The translations under genes were made by a program, and so were the position numbers. A stretch of DNA of 59,799 bases from Deltaproteobacteria bacterium. Its GTDB lineage: Bacteria > Desulfobacterota > Syntrophia > Syntrophales > Smithellaceae. The stretch's first letter is position 1; every line of letters begins with the position of its first letter. This document shows positions 30,231-39,025 of this stretch, in pieces. The stretch lies in assembly GCA_025361065.1 (NCBI GenBank), contig JANYAY010000032.1:1-59799 (forward strand), given 5' to 3'. The notes under the pieces are model-generated. The model did no database searches and was not told the origin of the DNA. It worked only from the letters and a program-made list of their open reading frames with translations.

Positions 30231-31264
30231 GGATAAATAGGGGCCATCTGCAGGCCTGTATCTTCTTCCCAGTTGCAAAGGACATTCATATTCTGCACGG
30301 CTTGTCCTGCAGCGCCTTTAACCAGATTGTCAATTGCCGAGACAATAATTACCCTTTTTGTCCGCAGATCAATCGTCAGACCGATATCGCAGAAATTGGA
30401 ACCGCAAACAGCAGAAATATTAGGAAATGATCCCGGAGGACAAATCCGGACAAATTTTTCTTGCTTATAAAAAGATGAATAAAGAGCATACAATTCCGGC
30501 AGAGCAATGTCTGTCTTTAAATTTGCATAAATTGTACTCAAAATTCCCCGTTTGACAGGAAGTAAATGTGGTGTGAAAGAAATAGCAAATTTTTCACCGG
30601 CTAATATGTTCAATTCCTGCTCGATTTCCGGAGTGTGTCGATGCTTCCCGACTTTATAAGCTTTAAATCCACCATCAACTTCACAAAACAGCGAACTCGT
30701 TTGCGGTTCCCTTCCCGCCCCGCTGACACCGGATGCTGAATCAGCAATTATTGTGTTTACATCTAAAAGCCGGTTTTTCAAAGCCGGGGCCAGGCCTAAG
30801 ATAATGCTTGTCGGATAGCAACCCGGATTAGCAACAAGTGTTGCATCCTTAATTTTCTGCCTGTATAATTCGGGAATTCCATATACAGCATCTTTTAAAA
30901 TGCCGGCACTTGTATGTTTTGCATACCATTCTTCATAAGTACTTACATCCCGCAATCGATAATCAGCGGAAAGATCAATGACCTTTTTTCCGGCTTGTAT
31001 AAAAACCGGAGCTATCTCCATAGAAATTCCATGGGGAAGAGCCAGAAAAACAATGTCACAGATTTTGGCTATATCTGCCGGTGCCGCATTTATATATTTC
31101 AATGACGTCAGACCGTAAAGAGAAGGAAATATTTCCGCTACCGGCTTAGACTCAAAACGCCGTGAAGTGACAGCGACCAGGTCCACTCCCGGATGACCTA
31201 ATAGGATTCGTATAAGCTCCTGACCCGTATAACCACTGGCTCCAAATATTGCTGCTTTCATCAT
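30227..31264 (-). CDS. argC: N-acetyl-gamma-glutamyl-phosphate reductase
   Basis: GASGYTG, DLSADYRL, ANPGCYPT, DNLVKGAAGQAVQNMN. Confidence 0.97.
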   Translation of the reverse strand: MMKAAIFGASGYTGQELIRILLGHPGVDLVAVTSRRFESKPVAEIFPSLYGLTSLKYINAAPADIAKICDIVFLALPHGISMEIAPVFIQAGKKVIDLSADYRLRDVSTYEEWYAKHTSAGILKDAVYGIPELYRQKIKDATLVANPGCYPTSIILGLAPALKNRLLDVNTIIADSASGVSGAGREPQTSSLFCEVDGGFKAYKVGKHRHTPEIEQELNILAGEKFAISFTPHLLPVKRGILSTIYANLKTDIALPELYALYSSFYKQEKFVRICPPGSFPNISAVCGSNFCDIGLTIDLRTKRVIIVSAIDNLVKGAAGQAVQNMNVLCNWEEDTGLQMAPIYP

Positions 31265-31273
31265 AAAAACTCC

Positions 31274-31301
31274 AAAAAAAAGGGAGGCTCGAAGCCCCCC
31301 T
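31274..31301 (-). terminator. Intrinsic terminator after rpsI
   Basis: AGGGGGGCT-TCG-AGCCTCCCT followed by a T-run on the - strand. Confidence 0.8.
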
Positions 31302-31312
31302 GTTTGTGAAAT

Positions 31313-31711
31313 TTAACGCTTGGAGAATTGGAATCTTTTCCTGGCACCCGGTTGTCCGTACTTCTTTCTTTCCACTTCCCTGGCATCTCTGGTCAGAAAA
31401 CCTGCCTTTTTCAGGATAGGGCGCAGTTGGACATCATATTCCAGAAGGGCTTTAGAAATTCCATGCTTGACTGCTCCAGCCTGACCGGCAACTCCTCCGC
31501 CACTGACATTAACATATAAATCAAACTGGCCAATTTTCCCTGTAATCTCGAAAGGCTGCCTGATGATCATCTTTAAGCTGGGACGCGTAAAATACTCCTC
31601 ATAGCTTCTTTTATTGACTACTATATTGCCACTGCCCGATTTCATATAAACACGAGCTATGGCGCTTTTTCTTTTACCAGTTGCATAATAACGTTCTTGT
31701 GTCTGTGTCAT
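31313..31711 (-). CDS. rpsI: 30S ribosomal protein S9
   Basis: YATGKRKSA...[10 protein letters not shown]...[17 protein letters not shown]; start at ATG 31711. Confidence 0.98.
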   Translation of the reverse strand: MTQTQERYYATGKRKSAIARVYMKSGSGNIVVNKRSYEEYFTRPSLKMIIRQPFEITGKIGQFDLYVNVSGGGVAGQAGAVKHGISKALLEYDVQLRPILKKAGFLTRDAREVERKKYGQPGARKRFQFSKR

Positions 31712-31763
31712 ACCTTCTCCAAAATTAATAAATATCAAACAAATCTTATATTAAACGGTGAAA

Positions 31764-32192
31764 TTATACCGCCAGAATATGCGGGCACTGCGCTTCGTGA
31801 GGATGAGCATTGCCGGTATAAACTTTCAGTTTCCTCGACATTTTCCTGCCCAGGTTAGTTTTGGGTAACATTCCCGCAACTGCAGTACGAATTAAATTCT
31901 CCGGCTTCTCGGCCAGCATTTTTCCTGCACTTGTCTCTCTTAATCCACCGGGATAACCCGAATAATGATAATAAATCTTATCGGTCAGCTTTTTGCCGGT
32001 TAAAACAATCTTTTCGGCATTGACGACAATAATAAAATCACCGGTATCGACATGCGGAGTGTAAGTCGCTTTATGTTTACCTCTCAGTCGGTGTGCTATC
32101 TCCGCAGCTAATCTTCCCAATACTTTACCGGATGCGTCCACCACATACCATTCGCTGTTCGGTGCCTCAGTTTTTGCCATATAAGTCTTCAT
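31764..32192 (-). CDS. rplM: 50S ribosomal protein L13
   Basis: [25 protein letters not shown]; start at ATG 32192. Confidence 0.98.
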   Translation of the reverse strand: MKTYMAKTEAPNSEWYVVDASGKVLGRLAAEIAHRLRGKHKATYTPHVDTGDFIIVVNAEKIVLTGKKLTDKIYYHYSGYPGGLRETSAGKMLAEKPENLIRTAVAGMLPKTNLGRKMSRKLKVYTGNAHPHEAQCPHILAV

Positions 32193-32229
32193 AATAAAAA
32201 CCACCAAGTGATGAAAAATTTAAAGGCGC

Positions 32230-32258
32230 AAGTTATGTAACTTTGCTTCGTTTGTCAA
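32230..32258 (-). promoter_or_regulatory. Sigma70 promoter of rplM-rpsI
   Basis: TTGACA-N17-TAACTT. Confidence 0.65.
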
Positions 32259-32601
32259 GTAAAATATTTATTTGCACCTTGTAAAAGGGACATGTCGTTT
32301 TTACAGTTTTTCTTTTGTCCATATATCCATATTTCTTGAAAATGATCAAGGTCGTAATGCAGTAATATATTAAAGATAAGACTGCTGATAAAAAAATGAT
32401 TTAAATCAGAATATAATGAGCGCGATTAGCTTCTTACCACACTTTTTTCCTTTTCTTATTATCAGAGGTAAGACAACTATGAATGATGCAGCTAGCCTAG
32501 AAATGTGATAAGTCACATTTTGAATAAAAAAATAGTATCTGTACAGGAATCAAATAATTGGCTCTGTATGGCCTGGAGAATAAAGAAATGAGCAAGAGAT
32601 T

Positions 32602-34506
32602 ATGGGATTGATATGGATTAATAATGTTTCGGTAAGCTTCGGCGGACCGCCCCTGTTATCTTCCGCCACACTCCAGATCGAAGCCGGCGAAAGAATAGGA
32701 CTTCTGGGCCGGAATGGTTCCGGCAAATCAACTCTGATGAAAATGCTGAACGGCAATATCGTTCCGGACACAGGCGAAATAATAAAAAGTGCTAACGTCC
32801 GCATAAGCCTGCTCCCCCAGGATGTCCCGGATGGTCTATCGGGCACAGTCTATGACATAGTGGCCGCAGGTGGCAGTAAACATCTGGAGCTGCTCAAAGT
32901 TTATCACGATCTCACCGCGGAAATTCAGCGTAAAAGCGATGATGGTTTGCTCAAGAAACTCGCAAACATTCAGCATCAGTTGGAAGTATCCGGAGCCTGG
33001 AATTACCATCTGCAAGTCGCGGGGATCATCAGCCGGACCGGTCTTAATGAAAATGCCGAATTTCGGAACCTATCTGCCGGAATGAAACGTCGTGTTTTTA
33101 TGGCCCGGGCGCTGGTTTGTGAACCAGACCTTCTCCTGCTCGATGAACCCACCAACCATCTGGATATCAATGCCATACTCTGGCTGGAGGATTTTCTGCA
33201 AAATTATGATAAAGCCATCATTTTTGTAACCCATGACCGCGCGTTTCTTCAAAGATTGGCCATGCGCATCGTAGAGATTGATCGGGGCAAATTGATATCC
33301 TTTGCCTGTAATTACCGCGCATATCTCGAACGCCGGCGGGGAATGCTGGAGTCGGAAGAAAAACAATGGCATGATTTTGATAAAAAGCTGGCCAAAGAAG
33401 AAACCTGGGTCCGGCAGGGTGTCAAGGCGAGGCGGACCCGAAACGAAGGCAGAGTCAGGGCTCTCAAGCAGATGCGCGAGGAACGTGCCCGCAGGCAGAC
33501 GCAGACGGGCGTGGCGCGCCTGGCAATTCAGGAGGCCGAAAGAGGCGGCAGGATGGTTGTAGAGGCGGAAAATATCAGCTTCGCTTACGGAAATAAAAAA
33601 ATTATTGAAGCATTTTCCACCGTGATCATCCGCGGCGATAAGGTAGGCATTATCGGCCCCAATGGCTGCGGTAAAACCACTCTCCTTAAAATTCTCCTGA
33701 ACGAACTTGAACCCCAGCAGGGCCGCATCCGCCTGGGAACGGGAATACAGATTGCCTATTTCGATCAGCTTCGGGCTCAACTTGATGAAAACAAAACACT
33801 TAGGGATAATATTGCCTCTGGCAACGACACTATCTTCATCGACGGATTCCCCCGGCATATTGTTGGTTATCTCCAGGATTTTCTCTTCCCTCCGGCGCAG
33901 ATAATGGCGCAGGTCAAATCCCTTTCCGGCGGAGAACGTAACCGGTTGCTGCTGGCCAAACTTTTCAGTATACCTTCCAATGTACTGGTGATGGACGAAC
34001 CTACAAACGACCTGGACGCCGAAACGCTGGAACTGCTAGAAGACCGGCTCTTGGAATATAACGGCACAATCCTGCTTGTCAGCCATGACCGGGCGTTTCT
34101 CAACAACGTGGTAACCTCCACAATAGTCTTTGAAGGCGAAGGACAACTGCAGGAATATGTAGGCGGATATGATGACTGGCAAGCTCAGCGCATTGCGCGA
34201 GTTGAACCGGAGAGCGCAATGCCAAGAGAAGCAAAGCCCAAAAGAGAAAAGCTTCCTGCGGAGAAACGCAAACTCTCTTTTAAAGAGACGCGTGAACTCC
34301 AGGAACTGCCACAGAAAATAGGATTTCTGGAAGAGGAAAAACAACAGTTAACCGCTGATTTAAACTCGCCCGCGTTCTATGCGAAAAACGATGCCGTCAA
34401 AATCAAAGCGACCAGCGACAGGATGACTTGCCTGGATGCGGAACTCGACTGTGCCTATCAACGCTGGAATGAATTGGAAGACCTGGCGGCACAGCTGGGC
34501 AGGTAG
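32602..34506 (+). CDS. uup: ABC-F ATPase Uup
   Basis: Two ABC domains (GRNGSGKS, GPNGCGKT), KARRTRNEGRVRAL linker, C-terminal coiled coil KLSFKE.REL. Confidence 0.95.
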   Translation: MGLIWINNVSVSFGGPPLLSSATLQIEAGERIGLLGRNGSGKSTLMKMLNGNIVPDTGEIIKSANVRISLLPQDVPDGLSGTVYDIVAAGGSKHLELLKVYHDLTAEIQRKSDDGLLKKLANIQHQLEVSGAWNYHLQVAGIISRTGLNENAEFRNLSAGMKRRVFMARALVCEPDLLLLDEPTNHLDINAILWLEDFLQNYDKAIIFVTHDRAFLQRLAMRIVEIDRGKLISFACNYRAYLERRRGMLESEEKQWHDFDKKLAKEETWVRQGVKARRTRNEGRVRALKQMREERARRQTQTGVARLAIQEAERGGRMVVEAENISFAYGNKKIIEAFSTVIIRGDKVGIIGPNGCGKTTLLKILLNELEPQQGRIRLGTGIQIAYFDQLRAQLDENKTLRDNIASGNDTIFIDGFPRHIVGYLQDFLFPPAQIMAQVKSLSGGERNRLLLAKLFSIPSNVLVMDEPTNDLDAETLELLEDRLLEYNGTILLVSHDRAFLNNVVTSTIVFEGEGQLQEYVGGYDDWQAQRIARVEPESAMPREAKPKREKLPAEKRKLSFKETRELQELPQKIGFLEEEKQQLTADLNSPAFYAKNDAVKIKATSDRMTCLDAELDCAYQRWNELEDLAAQLGR

Positions 34507-34533
34507 AAATGATATGCTTGCATAATCTATATT

Positions 34534-34645
34534 ATTCCATTTTCAAATAGCCTGAAGGTCACGCGTCAATCGCTACCTTTGTTGGCGGCAAAGCCCGGCG
34601 CATGCCCGGGTCTTCGCCGTATCATCGATGCTTTGGAAATGTAAT
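34534..34645. mobile_element. MITE-like element
   Basis: Terminal inverted repeats ATTCCATTTTCAAA / TTTGGAAATGTAAT (12 of 14 match); internal palindromes; no ORF. Confidence 0.65.
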
Positions 34646-35817
34646 TATATCTGCGCATGACTAAAACATGTATTAACTATTGCTTCACTTTTTACAGAAT
34701 CTTTAAGAATCAGGCCAATAAAATCCAAATAAGGCGAGACTATTAGATCTGAAGGGAAGACAATACCGCTATATTGTGATTTGGGAGTTAAAAGGATTCC
34801 AGCCTCCCTGAAAGCCTGGTTAACCAATTCGCTACAAAAATATTTTGATCTTCTTGTTCTTATGAAATTTGGTACCAAGGCATAGCCTGATTTGAATATA
34901 TTAATAATTTTGCTTATTAGATAAGAGATAAATACTCCTACTAATTTTAAATCAGAAAATCCCGACTTAACCTTTACGCACTCAACCATCTTTTTTAATA
35001 ACAGCTTTATCTGAGAATGGCCCATTCTTGGTCTAAGGACAATTAATATTTCGCCAGGAAGAATCTTAAAATCTCTTAAATGCACTCCGTCTGATCCTCG
35101 TTCCATATGAGCATCCATCATCCTGACATCAGAAGGTGATACCTTTGCCGCCATTAAAACATGTGTAATTTGCGAACTTGTAACGGTACTGATTATTCTG
35201 GAAATCAGACCTTCTTTAAAATGCCCTTTAACCTTGTATCGAAATAATATGTCTCCAGTGTCTATTTCATTTTTATTAATTACATATCTTTTTAGATCTC
35301 CATATTCCTTCACAAGATTTTCTTCAATTTGTACCCTGCCTTGAATATCAGAAACCAGGACATTAATCTCTTTTGCGTATTGTAAATTTAAATTGAATTC
35401 ATCTCTGATTAAATGAAAAATTTCTTGATGTTCTCTCGGTTCCCCTGCAATTTCAATACTTGTTAAGTTTCTTATAATTCGATTAATGCTTTGTTTCATT
35501 AATCTGTTTTTTTTGATTGCGTTATAGACAAACCTTTTTGCCAATCTACGGTATTTTTTTTGGGATAAACAATTCGAATGTTCTAGCTCGTTATAATATT
35601 CTTCAATGCATTTCAGGAGTTCATCCGTCTTTTTATATAGATTATGTAATCTTTGTATTAAATACAAGGATTTGTCTTTTCTTGCTTTGCCCAATGTATA
35701 ACCAAAAACAATGCGTCTCACTATTGGAGAGAAAATATATAATGCTAACGATTCGATGTTTTTTTCAATTATCGTAGCTTCTACACTTAATTTTTTACTC
35801 GTTTCTAATGAATTCAT
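34645..35817 (-). CDS. Hypothetical protein with C-terminal permuted papain-like NlpC/P60 (YiiX/YebB-like) domain
   Basis: GDILF...ISTVTSSQITHV (His) ... YFCSELV (Cys) ... VFPSDL; helical N-terminal half; visibly AT-rich. Confidence 0.75.
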   Translation of the reverse strand: MNSLETSKKLSVEATIIEKNIESLALYIFSPIVRRIVFGYTLGKARKDKSLYLIQRLHNLYKKTDELLKCIEEYYNELEHSNCLSQKKYRRLAKRFVYNAIKKNRLMKQSINRIIRNLTSIEIAGEPREHQEIFHLIRDEFNLNLQYAKEINVLVSDIQGRVQIEENLVKEYGDLKRYVINKNEIDTGDILFRYKVKGHFKEGLISRIISTVTSSQITHVLMAAKVSPSDVRMMDAHMERGSDGVHLRDFKILPGEILIVLRPRMGHSQIKLLLKKMVECVKVKSGFSDLKLVGVFISYLISKIINIFKSGYALVPNFIRTRRSKYFCSELVNQAFREAGILLTPKSQYSGIVFPSDLIVSPYLDFIGLILKDSVKSEAIVNTCFSHAQI

Positions 35818-36102
35818 AATCCACCCCTGATATCACCTGAATCAGATTAAAAAAGCCTTCCTTCCTGTTGGCTATAAATTAATCTAAGTAATGGAAATAT
35901 GATACAGACAGACACTAATGGATGCTGAAGGAATTTGATGCTAAAGGATGCTAAGATTTGCTGATGGAAAATTGGCCTGTAAATATTTATCACTTGAAAG
36001 GCAGAATTGCTTATTGGCTCTGCCTTTCTTATGTGACCATTTGTCCAATAGATGCTAAAGGTAGGAAATGCTATATGTTGCTAATAGAAAATCAAAAAAA
36101 TG

Positions 36103-36822
36103 TTATTCATGTGTGGTTTGAAATTGCAGCAATTCAGCGGTCGGTATAAGAATCTTACAGCCGGCCTTAACCTGTTTGAATTTGATGCGATTCTCCATTG
36201 TCCATCGCCAGACGGTATACCAGTGGACGCCGAGTCTCTTGGCAGCCTCCTTAACGGTTAAGAATTCCTTGCTTGCGATCTCCTCACGCTGATTTTTGAC
36301 GGCCGACTTAAACTTCTCTAACGGAAAAGTCCCTTCTATATCCATTTGTTCAAGGGATTTGTAAAACTGCAAACCAGTGCTGTGACGTTTAGAATGAGGG
36401 ATATGTCCCGACCAGACAACTTTACCGGCCAGCCTTATCTTATCCTTGGTCTTGGTAGGAACAAAATATAATTCTAAATCGCTGTTGGTGGAACTTTTGA
36501 TCAGGGATTCGACTTGAGCCCCCCAAGCACTAATATCTACCATGACTGTATCGTTAACCGACTCACCATTTATTTCGCTTACCTTAAAAAAAACATCATA
36601 ACGTTTAGATGTTCTATGATCGCTGGTTTCCTGGTCCCGTTTTTTATCTTTCATGGAAGACAAGGTTTGGATGGCGGCATCTAATTCTTCCGCGGTAAAC
36701 TTGAATCCTTCCTTCCGCAGCAATGTCCTCCTCTCATCGTCAGAAGTGCACTTCGCCGCGTCTTTCAAGAATTTCTGGTCTTCCTGAATCCGCTGTAAGA
36801 ACTCAAAAGCGTCTTTCATCAT
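36103..36822 (-). CDS. Nif11-like leader / PilZ / excisionase-type HTH fusion protein (239 aa)
   Basis: FLQRIQEDQKF...EGFKFTAEEL (Nif11-like); RTSKR...DISAWG (PilZ); FLTVKEAAKRLGVHWYTVWRW (HTH_17); own promoter and RBS. Confidence 0.8.
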   Translation of the reverse strand: MMKDAFEFLQRIQEDQKFLKDAAKCTSDDERRTLLRKEGFKFTAEELDAAIQTLSSMKDKKRDQETSDHRTSKRYDVFFKVSEINGESVNDTVMVDISAWGAQVESLIKSSTNSDLELYFVPTKTKDKIRLAGKVVWSGHIPHSKRHSTGLQFYKSLEQMDIEGTFPLEKFKSAVKNQREEIASKEFLTVKEAAKRLGVHWYTVWRWTMENRIKFKQVKAGCKILIPTAELLQFQTTHE

Positions 36823-36853
36823 TTTTGATAAGACCTTCCTTTTTGTGTAGTGA

Positions 36854-36882
36854 AGTATAAGAAACGCCGTCATGTATGTCAA
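36854..36882 (-). promoter_or_regulatory. Sigma70 promoter of the Nif11-PilZ-HTH gene
   Basis: TTGACA-N17-TATACT, then AGGAAGG RBS before ATG 36822. Confidence 0.8.
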
Positions 36883-36910
36883 GGGAATCTTGAACCAATC
36901 TGATAAGAAC

Positions 36911-37168
36911 AAGCTGCCACCGGAGAAACGCAAGCTTTCTTTTAAAGAGGCGCGGGAGCTCCGGGAGTTGCCGCAGAAAATAGGTTTTCTGGAAGAGAAA
37001 CGGCAGCAGTTAACCGCCGCATTAAACTCCCCCGCGTGCTGTGCGAAAAACGCTGCCGTGAAAATCAAAGCAGCCAGCGACAGGATGACTTGCCTGGAAA
37101 CAGAACTGGACTGTGCCCAGCAATGCTGGCAGGAATTGGAAGACCTGGCAGCAAGGCCGGGCAGGTAA
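36911..37168 (+). pseudogene. Duplicated, displaced 3' end of uup (258 bp, direct repeat of 34249-34506)
   Basis: KLPPEKRKLSFKEARELRELPQKIGFLEE...WQELEDLAARPGR aligns without gaps to the Uup C-terminus. Confidence 0.92.
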
Positions 37169-37234
37169 AAAGATTCCCCCTGATTAAAATTCTGCGCTCC
37201 GATCGAAGCTTTCAGCTTTCGTAAGTTCGACAAC

Positions 37235-37266
37235 AAAAAAGGGGACTGAAATCAGTCCCCTTTTTT
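37235..37266. terminator. Bidirectional intrinsic terminator
   Basis: AAAAAAGGGGACTGA-AA-TCAGTCCCCTTTTTT. Confidence 0.9.
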
Positions 37267-37288
37267 GTTTTGTTTCTACTGCGCAAGA

Positions 37289-38122
37289 TTATTTTATTTC
37301 CTGCAGCTTCGTCCGCGCGATGCGTGCCTGATTGGTATTCGGGTAATCCTTGATTACCTGTTGCAAAAGTAATTTGGCACTGGTTTTATCCTTCAGTTTC
37401 AGGAAGGATAGTCCTTGTTTCAGCAAAGCATAAGGAACTTTATTGCCACCCGGGAAATTTTTAGTTACCTTTTCGTACTCTAAAATTGCTTTCTCGTAAT
37501 TCTTTTCAAAAAAGTAACATTCGCCAATCCAGAACTGGGCATTATCAGAATACTCGGAATCAGGATACAAGGCTAAAAAGTTTCGGAATTCCGTCCGGGC
37601 TTTATCGTAATTGCCTTCTTTAAAAATCTGGTAAGACATGGAATACATAGTTTCCTTGTCTTGTTTTCTCGCTGGATCTTTTAAGGCGGCATTACCTGCT
37701 GATCTTCCCTTGTCTCCAGATTCGCTTAAACTATCTTTTTTGCCAATTTCCAGGAAGTTTTCAATGAAATTGATTTTGAGGAGTATGTTGTCAAATTTTT
37801 CTTTGTATTCCTCGTCCTTTTTCATGCCGCGGGTCATGTCTTTTTTAAATGCTTCCACCTGACCGCGCAGTTGCTGAATATTATCCCGCAAATCATTAAT
37901 ATCAGCCGCCGTATTGGCGCTACCTTTTCTTGTTTGCGTCAGAGCCTCGTAGTTTTTTCCCAGTTCCTTTTTCATGTCGGCCAAAGTGGCATCGATAACC
38001 GCAAGTTTATACTCCATGCTCTGATTTAATTCGGAGCGCATTGCTTTTAAATCGCCGGTTGTGGCGCATCCTGTTAACGAAAGCAATATAACCGGCAAAA
38101 TGAGATAAAGAAAATTTCTCAA
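37289..38122 (-). CDS. cpoB: Tol-Pal protein CpoB/YbgF
   Basis: Lipobox LTGC, coiled coil, TPR YSDNAQFWIGECYF; follows pal. Confidence 0.92.
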   Translation of the reverse strand: MRNFLYLILPVILLSLTGCATTGDLKAMRSELNQSMEYKLAVIDATLADMKKELGKNYEALTQTRKGSANTAADINDLRDNIQQLRGQVEAFKKDMTRGMKKDEEYKEKFDNILLKINFIENFLEIGKKDSLSESGDKGRSAGNAALKDPARKQDKETMYSMSYQIFKEGNYDKARTEFRNFLALYPDSEYSDNAQFWIGECYFFEKNYEKAILEYEKVTKNFPGGNKVPYALLKQGLSFLKLKDKTSAKLLLQQVIKDYPNTNQARIARTKLQEIK

Positions 38123-38142
38123 TTTCTAACCTCGTCGTTAAA

Positions 38143-38787
38143 TTATTTGGTCTTTACCACAAAGTGATCCCGACGATTTTTAGCCCAGGCCTCTTCGTCG
38201 TGTCCAGGATCAATCGGACGTTCTTTGCCGAAGCTGATTGTCTTTATCGCGGATCCTTTTACACCCAGATTTACCAGATATTTCTTTGCTTCCTGAGCAC
38301 GCCTTTGACCCAGAGCCATATTGTATTCGGCGGTGCCTCTTTCGTCGCAGTGGCCTTCAACAACGATGGAAGCAGCACTATTTTTCAGAAGATAATCGGC
38401 ATTAGCCTTGAGGACTTCGCGGGCATCAGCGCGGATGCTGGAGGCATCAAAATCAAAATAGATATCTTTGACTGCTTCCTCTGCTGTTGCTTTTGCTGTT
38501 GCCGCTGCTTCAACTTTAGCTGCCTGTTCTTTTTGAGCTTTTTCCCGGGCCAGACGATCAGCAGCTTCTTTTTCAGCCTGCTCTCTGGCCAGGCGATCAG
38601 CAGCTTCTCTCGCTGCCGCTGCATCTTTTGCCGCTGCTGCATCTTTTGCTGCCTGATCAGATGTAATTTGCTGATCCTGTACAGCACCTTCTTTAACTAC
38701 TGCTTTTTTCCCAGCGCAACCGGTAAACATGCTCAGACTAAATGCAAGCACGATAAAAAATCCTATCCAAGTTAAGTTCTTTTTCAT
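38143..38787 (-). CDS. pal: Peptidoglycan-associated lipoprotein
   Basis: Lipobox FTGC; IYFDFD, EGHCDERGTAEYNMALGQRRA, WAKNRR. Confidence 0.97.
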   Translation of the reverse strand: MKKNLTWIGFFIVLAFSLSMFTGCAGKKAVVKEGAVQDQQITSDQAAKDAAAAKDAAAAREAADRLAREQAEKEAADRLAREKAQKEQAAKVEAAATAKATAEEAVKDIYFDFDASSIRADAREVLKANADYLLKNSAASIVVEGHCDERGTAEYNMALGQRRAQEAKKYLVNLGVKGSAIKTISFGKERPIDPGHDEEAWAKNRRDHFVVKTK

Positions 38788-39025
38788 TATAAAATCTCCT
38801 CTTTATCCGAAAATAAGGTTATCAAAACAACAATTTCCAACAGCTAAACACAAGTAAAGTGTTCCATCAACAAAAATCAGTGACAAAATTATGGGGAGTT
38901 TAAAGGCGAAGCTCGGCAACCACGTTGTTTTTCAATATTCCTGTCAAATTCAGGCCTTATCATAATGGTTTTGTATATACGGTAAACAAAAAAAAATAAC
39001 AACCTTAAAATTGGTTAAGGTTAAA

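Noticed and set aside
36872..37168. 98-aa ORF as an independent gene
   Set aside because: It is the displaced uup C-terminus; its start lies in the opposite gene's promoter and it carries radical substitutions
36823..37236. N-terminal 138 aa of the 377-aa ORF 36103..37236
   Set aside because: It is largely the antisense reading of the duplicated uup 3' end; the promoter and RBS place the real start at 36822
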